From Acidobacteriota bacterium (GTDB lineage: Bacteria > Acidobacteriota > CAIWXX01), in contig JBFMAF010000003.1 of the NCBI GenBank assembly GCA_040755995.1, positions 64,001 through 128,000 of the forward strand: a DNA stretch of 64,000 nucleotides, written 5' to 3'. A model generated the notes under the pieces. That model saw only the letters and a list, made by a program, of their open reading frames with translations, did not search any database and had not been told where the DNA came from. Position numbers and translations under genes: made by a program. This document shows, piece after piece, positions 55,166-64,000 of this stretch (the stretch's first letter is position 1; every line of letters starts with the position of its first letter).

Positions 55166-57361
55166 GTGCCGGTGATTGATCTGTCGGGGCTGAACGAACA
55201 GCAGCAGGAGGCGGTGGTGCACGTGGGCACGCCGCTGTTGGTCTCGGCCGGCGCGGGCTCCGGGAAGACCCGCGTGATCACGTACAAGATTGCCCACCTG
55301 GTGTACGACCTAGGCGTGGATCCAGCGTCCGTTCTGGCTGTGACGTTCACAAACAAAGCGGCCAACGAGATGCGCGAGCGCGTGCACAGGCTGTTCGGGG
55401 GTGCGTCGCCGCCGGATCACGGCGCAGGCTCCCAGGTCACGCGGCAGCTTACGGTTTCTACGTTTCACTCGTACTGCGCCCGGCTGCTCCGTCGCCACTC
55501 ATCTCTCCTGGGCTTCCCGCCGTCCTTCACGATCGCGGACGTGCCGGAGCAGGAACGGATACTGAAGGATGCGCTCGCGCGGGCCAAGCTCTCGCCGCAG
55601 GGCACGGCGCGCAAGTGGTTGGGCATGATCTCGCGGGCGAAGGAGCGAGGCATGACGCCGCGCCACGTCCGCGAGGAGGCGGGGTCCTGGGATTCGGACA
55701 CTCTTGCTTCGGTCTACGAAGCTTATCAGAAGGCGCTGCTGGAACAGAAGGCGATGGACTTCGACGATCTGCTCCTGTTCGCAGTCCAACTCCTGAGAGG
55801 GCACCCGGACGTCCTGTCAAGGTATCGTGAGACGCTCGGCCATATCCTCATCGACGAGTACCAGGACACCAACTTCCTGCAGTCCGAGCTCGTGCGACTG
55901 CTGGCGCGTGACCGGGGCCAGGGGCTCTGCGTGGTCGGCGACGAGGACCAGTCGATCTACGGATGGCGGGGCGCGTCTATCGACCACATCCGCCGGTTCG
56001 AGAAGGACTTCCCGGGAGCGAGGGTGATACTGCTCGAGCGCAACTACAGGTCCACGGGCCACATACTGGTCGGTGCGTCGAGCCTGATCCGGAAGAACAA
56101 GAATCGCTACGAGAAGACGCTGCGTGCGAGCAGACCCATGGGACAGCCCGTGGTGCACTTCGACGGGGAGACGGGACAGGACGAGGTGGAGTTCGTAGTG
56201 CGAGAGCTGCGGCGGCTGATCGAAGAAAAGACCTCTCCTGCCGCGGTGCTGTACCGGGCGAACTATATGAGCCGCGCCTTCGAGGACGGGCTCGTGAGGA
56301 GCGGCCTGAGGTACACCATCGTTGGGAGCCTGCGGTTCTACGAACGGAAGGAGATCAAGGACCTCGCCGCCTACCTCCGCCTGCTCGCCAACCCGCGCGA
56401 CGCGCAGGCCTTCGTACGGGCGGCCAACGTGCCGCCGCGCCGCGGGCTCGGGCCGAAGACGCTCGAGAGCATCGTCCAGCACGCGAGGGACAACGACACG
56501 GATATCGTCGAGGCGGCGCGCAGGTTCACAAGATCCAACCGCGCGGGCACCGTGGCGGCGGCCTCGATTCAGGACTTCCTGCAGGTGATGGATCGTGTCG
56601 CCGGCGGCGCGCCGCCGGAGGCGCGCGACGACGTCTCCCCCGAATCGCCGCTGGACCCTGCCGCTCCGCCAGGCGTCGCCTCGGTGCTGCGGCGGGTGCT
56701 GGAAGCGTCGCGGTACGAGGCGGCGCTGAAGGAGGCGGAGGCGGCGGAGGAAGCGGAGGACAGGATCGGCAACGTGCGCGAATTCGTGGAGGCGGCGGAG
56801 GAGTTCGATCGGGACCGCCGTGGCACTCTCGTCGAGTTCCTCGACACCATCTCGCTCACCACCGCCCAGGACGACCTCAAGGACAGGGCTCCGATCGTTC
56901 TCATGACGATCCACTGCGCGAAGGGGCTGGAGTTCCCGGCGGTATTTGTGGTCAACATGAATCAGAATGCCTTCCCGACGCCTTACGCGTATCAGAAGGA
57001 TGACATCGAGGAGGAACGGCGATTGTGCTACGTCGCCATGACCCGCGCGATCGACCGCCTCTACCTGACTTCCAACGCCGACACCGGCCCGAGCCGCTTC
57101 CTGTACGAGATCGATTCGTCCTGCTTCGTCGAGCGCGGAGGCGGTGAGGATGAGGCGGCCGGCGAGGAGGGCCCGGCACCCGTGAGCCCACCTGGGAGGA
57201 GATCGCTCAAGCGAGCGGATCGGGTCCAGCACGCGACCTTCGGGCAGGGCACGGTGTTGTCGGTCGAGGGCAAGGGCGAGTCAGCGATGGCCACCGTGCG
57301 CTTCGACCAGCACGGCGTCAAACGGATGGTGCTGAAATACGCGAAGCTCGAGCGCGCTTGA
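55166..57361 (+). CDS. pcrA: UvrD/PcrA-family ATP-dependent DNA helicase
   Basis: AGAGSGKT, DEYQDTN, GDEDQSIYGWRGA, AKGLEF and EERRLCYVAMTRA motifs; Tudor-like tail. Confidence 0.93.
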   Translation: MPVIDLSGLNEQQQEAVVHVGTPLLVSAGAGSGKTRVITYKIAHLVYDLGVDPASVLAVTFTNKAANEMRERVHRLFGGASPPDHGAGSQVTRQLTVSTFHSYCARLLRRHSSLLGFPPSFTIADVPEQERILKDALARAKLSPQGTARKWLGMISRAKERGMTPRHVREEAGSWDSDTLASVYEAYQKALLEQKAMDFDDLLLFAVQLLRGHPDVLSRYRETLGHILIDEYQDTNFLQSELVRLLARDRGQGLCVVGDEDQSIYGWRGASIDHIRRFEKDFPGARVILLERNYRSTGHILVGASSLIRKNKNRYEKTLRASRPMGQPVVHFDGETGQDEVEFVVRELRRLIEEKTSPAAVLYRANYMSRAFEDGLVRSGLRYTIVGSLRFYERKEIKDLAAYLRLLANPRDAQAFVRAANVPPRRGLGPKTLESIVQHARDNDTDIVEAARRFTRSNRAGTVAAASIQDFLQVMDRVAGGAPPEARDDVSPESPLDPAAPPGVASVLRRVLEASRYEAALKEAEAAEEAEDRIGNVREFVEAAEEFDRDRRGTLVEFLDTISLTTAQDDLKDRAPIVLMTIHCAKGLEFPAVFVVNMNQNAFPTPYAYQKDDIEEERRLCYVAMTRAIDRLYLTSNADTGPSRFLYEIDSSCFVERGGGEDEAAGEEGPAPVSPPGRRSLKRADRVQHATFGQGTVLSVEGKGESAMATVRFDQHGVKRMVLKYAKLERA

Positions 57362-57506
57362 CACGTCGCCTGCTCATGTCCCGCAGCGCCGACCACGGAG
57401 TCGGTAGCGCACCCCCGGCCCCCGCCATGTGCGCATTGGGATTCTGGAGGGCGCGCCTCCGGGTATGAGACGCCGCAACAGCGGCGCCTTACCGCGCGGG
57501 GTTCGG

Positions 57507-58655
57507 TTACTGAAAGGTGATGATGTCGAGGTCGAGGAAGCGCTTCAGTATCAGGAGCGTTTCTTCCTCGGCCAGGGATGATCCGGCGATCAGGCTCTTC
57601 ACGTCGCGCCGGCCGTCGATTCCCATGAAGACCTTGATCTCGAGCGGCGCGAAGACGAGGTTCTTAGTGCGGAAGTCACCCTTGACGACGGGGATCTTGT
57701 CACGCGGGATCGACTCGCCCGCCTTGAGCTTGGCGGCCATGTTGCGGATCTTCAGCGTGTATACCTTGGCATACTGGTTCAGCGGGTCCAGCTTGAGCAC
57801 CTCGGCGAACGTCTTCTGAGCCTCCGGATAGTGACCCTCCTTGAATTCGCGGTCGCCGCGCTTGACCAGCACCCCGATCTGCCGCACCATCTCCTCTGTC
57901 TTGGGTTCCTCGCCGGTGGAGTCGACGGCCAGGACCTCGGCCGCCAGAAGATCCGTCAGCAGGCAGCTGACCTCGTAGTCGGACCGATTCACGTCGAGGG
58001 CGATCCGGCCGACGCTGTATGACTTGCCGGCCAGCCTGAACACCGCCTCCTTGAGCTCGTCCAGCTCCCCCTCCGGCGCCCGGCCGGTGTGCTTGAAGGT
58101 CGTACTGTTGCTCGGGATCACCTCGCGAATTCGCGTCCAATCGTCGATCCGTTTGATACCCTCCAGCACGATCTCCGAGACATTCTGCGACAGCGCGATC
58201 TTGATCCCCTCCGGAACCTCCTCCTCATAGAACCCGAACTTGCCCTCGGTCCAGAAGAACATGTCGAAGATGGCCTCGCGAGTCTTCAGTTCCAGGGTCC
58301 CGCGGATCTGATCCTCGCTTGCAATGCCGTCCTCCACGAGTATTTCGCCCAGCAGCTTCTTCCGCTTGTGCTGCTTCAGCAGCCCCCAGAAGAGCTGCTC
58401 TTCCGTAATGTACTTCTGCAAGACGAGGAAATGCCCGAGCGACTCGCGCGGGTTGTTCGACGAGCTCGAAACAATCACCCCGTCCTTGAAGTAGATGAAC
58501 TTCTTCAGCGAATCCCTTTCGACGAGCAACCTGCCCGTCTTCCTCCCGTACGCGACCCACTGCAGCAGATCCGAGAGGCTCATCGACTTCAGGCTGCCGC
58601 CCACCGCCAGAGTACTCTGGGTGCTTCTCATCTCGGATTCCATGCTGAAGTTCAT
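57507..58655 (-). CDS. DUF4388 domain protein with TPR
   Basis: GSLKSMSLSDLLQW...KTGRL, LGEILV, W.EGKF.F; TPR-like C-terminus. Confidence 0.88.
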   Translation of the reverse strand: MNFSMESEMRSTQSTLAVGGSLKSMSLSDLLQWVAYGRKTGRLLVERDSLKKFIYFKDGVIVSSSSNNPRESLGHFLVLQKYITEEQLFWGLLKQHKRKKLLGEILVEDGIASEDQIRGTLELKTREAIFDMFFWTEGKFGFYEEEVPEGIKIALSQNVSEIVLEGIKRIDDWTRIREVIPSNSTTFKHTGRAPEGELDELKEAVFRLAGKSYSVGRIALDVNRSDYEVSCLLTDLLAAEVLAVDSTGEEPKTEEMVRQIGVLVKRGDREFKEGHYPEAQKTFAEVLKLDPLNQYAKVYTLKIRNMAAKLKAGESIPRDKIPVVKGDFRTKNLVFAPLEIKVFMGIDGRRDVKSLIAGSSLAEEETLLILKRFLDLDIITFQ

Positions 58656-58776
58656 CGCCTTAGAGCCTCCGACCTGCTGTCACTCGAAAGAACTCGGCTG
58701 CTGGATTCGGCTGGATCTTCCACTCGCTCAAGACGCAACTACGAAGAGCCCTCCCGGCCGGCATGAACACCCTGTG

Positions 58777-58805
58777 ATATTAAGCGCCCTATCGGTGGAT
58801 GTCAA
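58777..58805 (-). promoter_or_regulatory. sigma70-type promoter of the DUF4388 gene
   Basis: TTGACA-N17-TAATAT on the minus strand. Confidence 0.65.
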
Positions 58806-58842
58806 TTGATGACGAGCCCGCGCGGTGGAGTCAGGGCCGGGG

Positions 58843-59769
58843 CTACTTGCGCACGCTGGACCTGCCGCGCGCGCGGTCGCGGCGTGCGTCCTCCATGTAG
58901 CCGATCAGCTTGTAGACAAGACGCGCGGCGAGGAAGTCCGGGGCGTGCAGTCCGGGAATGGGGGACAACTCGACGATGTCCGCGCCGACCACCCTGCGCC
59001 GCCTGGCGACCTCTCTCAGCAGCGCCGTGACGTCGTGCCACAGCAGGCCGCCGGGCTCCGGCGTCCCCGTCGACGGCACCACGGACGGATCGAACGCGTC
59101 GAGGTCGATTGTGACGTATACCGGCTCCCCCAGCGCGTCGACCACACGATCGATCCAGCCCGCATCCGCGCGGATGTCGCCGGCGGTGAACATGGAGAAC
59201 GGGCCGCCGCTCTTCACCAGCGCGGCGCACTGGGGGGTCATGGAGCGAATGCCGACTCCCGTCACTCCGGCGAACTCCCCCATCCGCCGTGCTGCGCAGG
59301 CGTGATTGAAACGTGAGCCCATGTAGGAATCGCGGAGGTCCGAATGCGCGTCGAACTGGAGGACGTGCAGATCGCGGTAGCGCGCCGCGTGCGCCCGGAC
59401 GAGCGGCGGCGATATGGAATGATCGCCGCCGAGCGTGACCAGCGTCTTTCCGCTCGCCAGCGCCGAACGGGCCGCGCGGAAGATGCGGCCCACGGTCGCT
59501 TCGACTCCGGAGGTGTCCACATCGAGCGGGGGCAACGTGTGGATGCCGGCTCTGCACGGCTCGAACCCCAGCTCCTCGTCATAGAACTCCATGAACCGGC
59601 TCGACGCGATGATCGCCTCCGGCCCGTACCTTGCCCCCGATCGGTAGCTTGTAGTGGCATCGTAGGGGACGGGCAGTATGAGGTATCGACTCGTCTCGAA
59701 CTCGCTGAGGCGCCGTCCGAGCCCGAGGAAGTTCCAGTCGGGCTCCGACGGATACGAAGGTCGTCGCAC
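58843..59769 (-). CDS. speB: Agmatinase
   Basis: GGDHS, DAHSD, DLDAFDP and GTPEPGG motifs; next to arginine decarboxylase. Confidence 0.93.
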   Translation of the reverse strand: MRRPSYPSEPDWNFLGLGRRLSEFETSRYLILPVPYDATTSYRSGARYGPEAIIASSRFMEFYDEELGFEPCRAGIHTLPPLDVDTSGVEATVGRIFRAARSALASGKTLVTLGGDHSISPPLVRAHAARYRDLHVLQFDAHSDLRDSYMGSRFNHACAARRMGEFAGVTGVGIRSMTPQCAALVKSGGPFSMFTAGDIRADAGWIDRVVDALGEPVYVTIDLDAFDPSVVPSTGTPEPGGLLWHDVTALLREVARRRRVVGADIVELSPIPGLHAPDFLAARLVYKLIGYMEDARRDRARGRSSVRK

Positions 59770-59778
59770 GGTCGCGGG

Positions 59779-60330
59779 CTACTCGAAGAGCAAGATGGCG
59801 GATGCGAGCACCGTCGTCCACAGGCCGGTCTTGTCGCCGACGGCGGTCTGAGTAATGTTGCGACTGCTCACGATCTTGCCCGAGATGCGGTAGATCTCCT
59901 TCTTTTCGTCCCAGCTCTTGTCCGCATCGAACTCGACGCCCAGGATCGTTGCCAGCATGCTCGCCGCCAGGTCCTCCGCGTAATCCCCTGCGAAGTCCTC
60001 TTTCTGGCCGAATGAATGATGTTCGGCCAGGTAGCCGTACATCGTTCGATCCTTCGGGATGGCCACGCCTATGGAGGCCGCGATGAGACGGTGCGGTTCG
60101 TTGGTCGCGTTCTCGCTCATGACGCAGAAGGTCACCTGGCCCGGGCGAAGGCGCTTCAGGCCCTCTTTGAGCGATACGAGCTCGCAGCCGGGCGGAAATA
60201 TGCTGCTCACTCTGACGAGGTTGCATGATGAGACCTGGGCGTCGCGCAGCGCCAGCTCGAAGCTCGTCAGCTTCTCACGATGCTTGCCCACTCCCTTGGT
60301 CAAGAAGATCTTCTGCGGTACTAGCTCCAC
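59779..60330 (-). CDS. pdaD: Pyruvoyl-dependent arginine decarboxylase
   Basis: [17 protein letters not shown] (Ser-Ser self-cleavage site), YGYLAEH; GTG start at 60330. Confidence 0.92.
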   Translation of the reverse strand: MELVPQKIFLTKGVGKHREKLTSFELALRDAQVSSCNLVRVSSIFPPGCELVSLKEGLKRLRPGQVTFCVMSENATNEPHRLIAASIGVAIPKDRTMYGYLAEHHSFGQKEDFAGDYAEDLAASMLATILGVEFDADKSWDEKKEIYRISGKIVSSRNITQTAVGDKTGLWTTVLASAILLFE

Positions 60331-60360
60331 CTCTCTCCCCCTTCTCACAGATCGACGCAG

Positions 60361-60389
60361 AATATAGTGAATGTCTTCGGCCAAATCAA
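60361..60389 (-). promoter_or_regulatory. Possible promoter of pdaD-speB
   Basis: TTGATT-N17-TATATT on the minus strand. Confidence 0.5.
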
Positions 60390-60403
60390 CGATTCTTCTT
60401 CGG

Positions 60404-63001
60404 TCAGTGCAGCAGCTTCTTCTTGAAGGCGAGCTCGCGTCCGCGCAGATCCACGTCGACCTCGATATGGTCCCCGTCCTTGAACTCTCCGGCAAGCAGA
60501 CGCGCGGCCAGGGAGTTCATGAGCATCTTCTGGATGGTGCGCTTGAGCGGCCGCGCCCCGTAATGCGGATCGTATCCGCGTTCCGCCAGCAGTTCCTTGG
60601 CTGCCGGCGTCAGTGAGATCTCGATCTTGCGTCCAGTCAGGAGCTTGGTGAGAACGCCGAGCTGGATATCGACAATCACCTCGATCTCCTTGCGCGTCAG
60701 CGGAGCGAAGATGATGGTCTCGTCGATGCGATTCAGGAACTCGGGACGGAACGCCCCCTTGAGAATCTCCGAGATGGCGTCCTGCAGCCGCTCGGGATCG
60801 CGCATGCTCGCGAACTCGTGGCTGCCGAGATTGCTCGTCATGATGACGATCGCGCTCCTGAAGTCCACGTGCCGGCCCTTGCCGTCGGTCAGCCGCCCGT
60901 CGTCGAAGACCTGGAGGAGGACGTTGAAGACGTCCGGGTGGGCCTTCTCGATCTCGTCGAGGAGGATCACGGAGTACGGCCGGCGCCGCACTGCCTCGGT
61001 GAGCTGCCCGCCTTCCTCGTAGCCGACGTAGCCCGGCGGGGCCCCGATCATGCGACTGACGGCGTGCTTCTCCATGTACTCCGACATGTCGAGGCGGATC
61101 ATCGCCTTCTCGTCGTCGAAGAGGAACTCGGCGAGCGACCGCGCCAGCTCGGTCTTTCCTACGCCGGTCGGTCCCAGAAACAAGAACACCCCCAGCGGCC
61201 GCCGCGGATCCTGCAGGCCGGCTCGCGCCCGGCGGATCGTGTCGGAGATTCGCCGTAGCGCATCGTCCTGGCCGATCACGCGCTTTCGCAGCTGGTCTTC
61301 CATGCGGATCAGGCGGCCGACTTCGCCTTCGAGCATCTTCGAGACGGGGATGCCGGTCCATCGCGACACGACATCCGCGATGTCCTCCTCGTCCACCTCC
61401 TCCTTGAGCATCTTCCCGTCCTTCTGGACATCCGCCAGCCGGGCGGCGAGCGCCTGGAGTTCCTGGCCGAGGGCCGGCAGCCGGCCGTGGCGGAGCTCGG
61501 CGACTCGGTTGAAATCCGGCAGCTCCTTCGCGAGCTCCCTCTCCTCCTCGATCTTCACCTGCTCCATCTCCGCCTTCTTCTCGCGGATCTTCCCGATGAT
61601 CTCCTTCTCTGTCGCCCACTGCGTTTTCAGCCGATCCGCCTCCTCCCGCAGCTCGCTCAACTCCCTATCGATTGCCGCGTGCCGCGCCTTCGCCTCCGGG
61701 TCCTTCGCCACCGCCTGCTTCTCGATCTCGAGCTGTATGCGCCTGCGTTCCAGCGTATCGATCTCGGTCGGCATCGAGTCGATCTCCATCTTGAGGTGCG
61801 AGCAGGCCTCGTCCATGAGATCCACGGCCTTGTCCGGCAGGAAGCGATCGGAGATGTAGCGATGGCTGAGGGTGGCGGCGGCGACGAGCGCCGCGTCCTT
61901 GATCTTCACGCCGTGATGGATCTCGTATCGCTCCTTCAGCCCGCGCAGGATCGCGATCGCGTCTTCGACACTCGGCTCGCCGACGTACACCGGCTGGAAG
62001 CGGCGTTCGAGGGCCGCGTCCTTCTCGATGCGCTTCTGGTACTCGTTCAGCGTCGTCGCGCCCACGCAGCGCAGGTCGCCGCGTGCGAGCGCGGGTTTGA
62101 GCATGTTGCTCGCGTCCATCGCGCCTTCGGCCGCGCCGGCTCCGACCAGCGTATGGAGCTCGTCGATGAAGAGCACGACGTTGCCCGCGCTCGCCTCGAT
62201 CTCCTTCAACAGCGCCTTCAGCCGTTCCTCGAATTCCCCCCGATACTTGCTTCCGGCGATGAGGGAGGCGAGATCGAGCGCCACGAGGCGCTTGTTCTTC
62301 AGTCCTTCGGGTATGTCCCCTTTCACGATGCGCTGTGCCAGACCCTCGACGATGGCCGTCTTGCCGACGCCGGGCTCGCCGATCAGCACCGGGTTGTTCT
62401 TCGTGCGCCGCGAGAGCACCTGCATCACCCGCCGGATCTCCTCGTCGCGTCCGATCACCGGATCGAGCTTGCCGCGGCGCGCGAGCTCGGTGAGGTCGCG
62501 GCAGTACCGCTCGATTGCCTGGAACTTCTCTTCGGGTGTCTGGTCGGTCACGCGCTGCGAGCCGCGGATGGTCATGAGCGCCTGCAGCAGCCGATCGCGG
62601 CCGGCGCCCTGCGATTGCAGAATGCGCGCCGCGTGGCCGTCGGGCTCACCGGCGATCGCCAGAAGAAGGTGCTCAACGGAGATGTACTCGTCCTTGAAGG
62701 AGTCGGCCTCTTTCAAGGCGTGATCGAGCACGCGGGAGAGCCGGTTGGACACCTGTGCCCCTGCCTGCGTGCCGGAGACCTGGGGGAGGCGGTCGAGCTG
62801 TGCGGCGAGGGCGTCGCGCATCCCTTCGGGCGAGACGCCGATCTTCTGGAGAAGCGGAATGACGATCGTGTCGCCGGATTCCAGAAGCGCCGTCATAAGG
62901 TGCTCGGGTGTGATCTCGGGGTTCCCCCGCCCGCCCGCAATCTCCTGCGCGGTCTGCAGCGCCTCCTGCGCCTTGATCGTGAACTTGTCCATTCGCAACA
63001 T
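60404..63001 (-). CDS. clpB: ATP-dependent chaperone ClpB
   Basis: Two AAA+ modules ([16 protein letters not shown]), KYRGEFEER, long coiled-coil M domain. Confidence 0.97.
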   Translation of the reverse strand: MLRMDKFTIKAQEALQTAQEIAGGRGNPEITPEHLMTALLESGDTIVIPLLQKIGVSPEGMRDALAAQLDRLPQVSGTQAGAQVSNRLSRVLDHALKEADSFKDEYISVEHLLLAIAGEPDGHAARILQSQGAGRDRLLQALMTIRGSQRVTDQTPEEKFQAIERYCRDLTELARRGKLDPVIGRDEEIRRVMQVLSRRTKNNPVLIGEPGVGKTAIVEGLAQRIVKGDIPEGLKNKRLVALDLASLIAGSKYRGEFEERLKALLKEIEASAGNVVLFIDELHTLVGAGAAEGAMDASNMLKPALARGDLRCVGATTLNEYQKRIEKDAALERRFQPVYVGEPSVEDAIAILRGLKERYEIHHGVKIKDAALVAAATLSHRYISDRFLPDKAVDLMDEACSHLKMEIDSMPTEIDTLERRRIQLEIEKQAVAKDPEAKARHAAIDRELSELREEADRLKTQWATEKEIIGKIREKKAEMEQVKIEEERELAKELPDFNRVAELRHGRLPALGQELQALAARLADVQKDGKMLKEEVDEEDIADVVSRWTGIPVSKMLEGEVGRLIRMEDQLRKRVIGQDDALRRISDTIRRARAGLQDPRRPLGVFLFLGPTGVGKTELARSLAEFLFDDEKAMIRLDMSEYMEKHAVSRMIGAPPGYVGYEEGGQLTEAVRRRPYSVILLDEIEKAHPDVFNVLLQVFDDGRLTDGKGRHVDFRSAIVIMTSNLGSHEFASMRDPERLQDAISEILKGAFRPEFLNRIDETIIFAPLTRKEIEVIVDIQLGVLTKLLTGRKIEISLTPAAKELLAERGYDPHYGARPLKRTIQKMLMNSLAARLLAGEFKDGDHIEVDVDLRGRELAFKKKLLH

Positions 63002-63024
63002 CCTCAGCACCTCCGAATGTAGGG

Positions 63025-63053
63025 ATTTTACGGTCGAGGGGCGGAAAGAGCAA
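63025..63053 (-). promoter_or_regulatory. sigma70-type promoter of clpB
   Basis: TTGCTC-N17-TAAAAT on the minus strand. Confidence 0.6.
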
Positions 63054-63128
63054 TGCCGCGTAGGCCGCTGCGGTCAGGCGGTGTCGCAGGCGCATCGTTC
63101 AGCACGCGCAGGCCGGCGGGCGGAGCAG

Positions 63129-64000
63129 TCAGATGGTGTCGAGAGAGTAGGCGCCGCCGTAGGAGCGCTGGACGATTGCTGCAGTTGTCTTCGAGAGCCG
63201 CGCGACCAGCTGCCCGCAGTTGCTACCAATGCGGTTCTCCTCGAGTTCGCCCGCCGACAGCAGCACGTCGAATCCCTCTCCGCGCAGCTCCTCGATCAGC
63301 GCCGAGGTGCGCTCATCCGGATCGGACTCGAAGGCCGTGTCGATTCGCGCCGCGCCGGCCGAATCGGTCGGGTTTACGGGTGTGAGCTTCACGAGGAAGC
63401 GGGCCGGATCGAACAGGCGGGCCAGCCTGACGGAGGACACTTCGAAGCGCCGGTGCAGCGCGAAGTTCAGAGTGATCTTCCGGTCGCCGTGGTTCCAGAA
63501 GTCGCGACCGTACGCGGCGATCCGATCGAGGCTCCACTTGCGCGCAGGCATCAGCCGGTCGCGCTCCTGCTCGTCGGTGGAGTGGACGGAGAACTGGAGC
63601 TGGAAGCGGCCGGCAAGGCGATCCTTCACTCGAGCGAGCTCCTCGAAGAACGGCTCGCGCCCGGCCGGAGCGATCGTTGACACGCAGAACATCAGCCCCG
63701 GCGCAGAAAGGCGCTCGCGGATCAACCCCATAGCCCGCAGAACATCGTCATTCAGGGCCGGCTCGCCCATGCGGGCGAACTGGATCTTGAAGTGGTCTAC
63801 CGGGACGCGCCGTTCCGGGAAGCGGCGGGCCACGAGATACTCGACCTGAGCGAGCATCTCTTCGGCCGAGAGATGCCCGGCGAAGCTGCCGCCGGCGTCG
63901 CAGATCGCGCATCGGACGGGACAGCCGAATGAAACCGACAGGATCAAGACCCACTTGCGGTCCCAGGGGATCGGCGGCTGCCGCGATTCGACGAACTCGA
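63129..64000 (-). CDS. RlmN/Cfr-like radical SAM protein (5'-partial)
   Basis: GCPVRCAICD, RMGEP and SNCGQL motifs; runs off the window end. Confidence 0.8.
   Translation of the reverse strand, partial: EFVESRQPPIPWDRKWVLILSVSFGCPVRCAICDAGGSFAGHLSAEEMLAQVEYLVARRFPERRVPVDHFKIQFARMGEPALNDDVLRAMGLIRERLSAPGLMFCVSTIAPAGREPFFEELARVKDRLAGRFQLQFSVHSTDEQERDRLMPARKWSLDRIAAYGRDFWNHGDRKITLNFALHRRFEVSSVRLARLFDPARFLVKLTPVNPTDSAGAARIDTAFESDPDERTSALIEELRGEGFDVLLSAGELEENRIGSNCGQLVARLSKTTAAIVQRSYGGAYSLDTI

Noticed and set aside
63002..63128. CIRCE operator upstream of clpB
   Set aside because: No TTAGCACTC-N9-GAGTGCTAA found.
1..64000. tRNA, rRNA or CRISPR arrays
   Set aside because: No cloverleaf, rRNA-like tract or regularly spaced direct repeats seen by eye.

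Overview
High-GC bacterial window with two parts; DUF4388/PATAN proteins loosely suggest an Acidobacteriota- or Myxococcota-like host. Positions 1-~48,100 are an accessory patchwork, with nearly every gene from 3.4 to 44.8 kb on the minus strand. It contains: a frameshifted DUF6119-like pseudogene; a metallophosphoesterase-GAF fusion; a GHKL/MORC-like ATPase-histidine kinase + receiver + C5 DNA methyltransferase + Vsr operon; a Liv-type ABC transporter operon interrupted by a 67-aa peptide, a radical SAM/SPASM enzyme, a methyltransferase and an unknown membrane protein; a HEAT/3-TM/CHAT-like trio; an IS630-derived ORF with an internal 64-bp micro-inversion; an uncharacterised glycyl-radical-enzyme operon; caspase/M12 and S8/MBL protease modules; a B12-radical SAM gene with an upstream 84-aa candidate precursor; and a stand-alone NRPS A domain. 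Positions ~48,300-64,000 look like core genome (glmS, pcrA/uvrD, speB, pdaD, clpB, RlmN-like radical SAM). The best candidates for undescribed systems are the peptide/rSAM-SPASM/methyltransferase cassette inside the Liv transporter, the B12-rSAM/precursor pair and the GRE-SCP2-OYE operon. All calls come from motif recognition by eye; no searches were run. No tRNA, rRNA or CRISPR array was seen.
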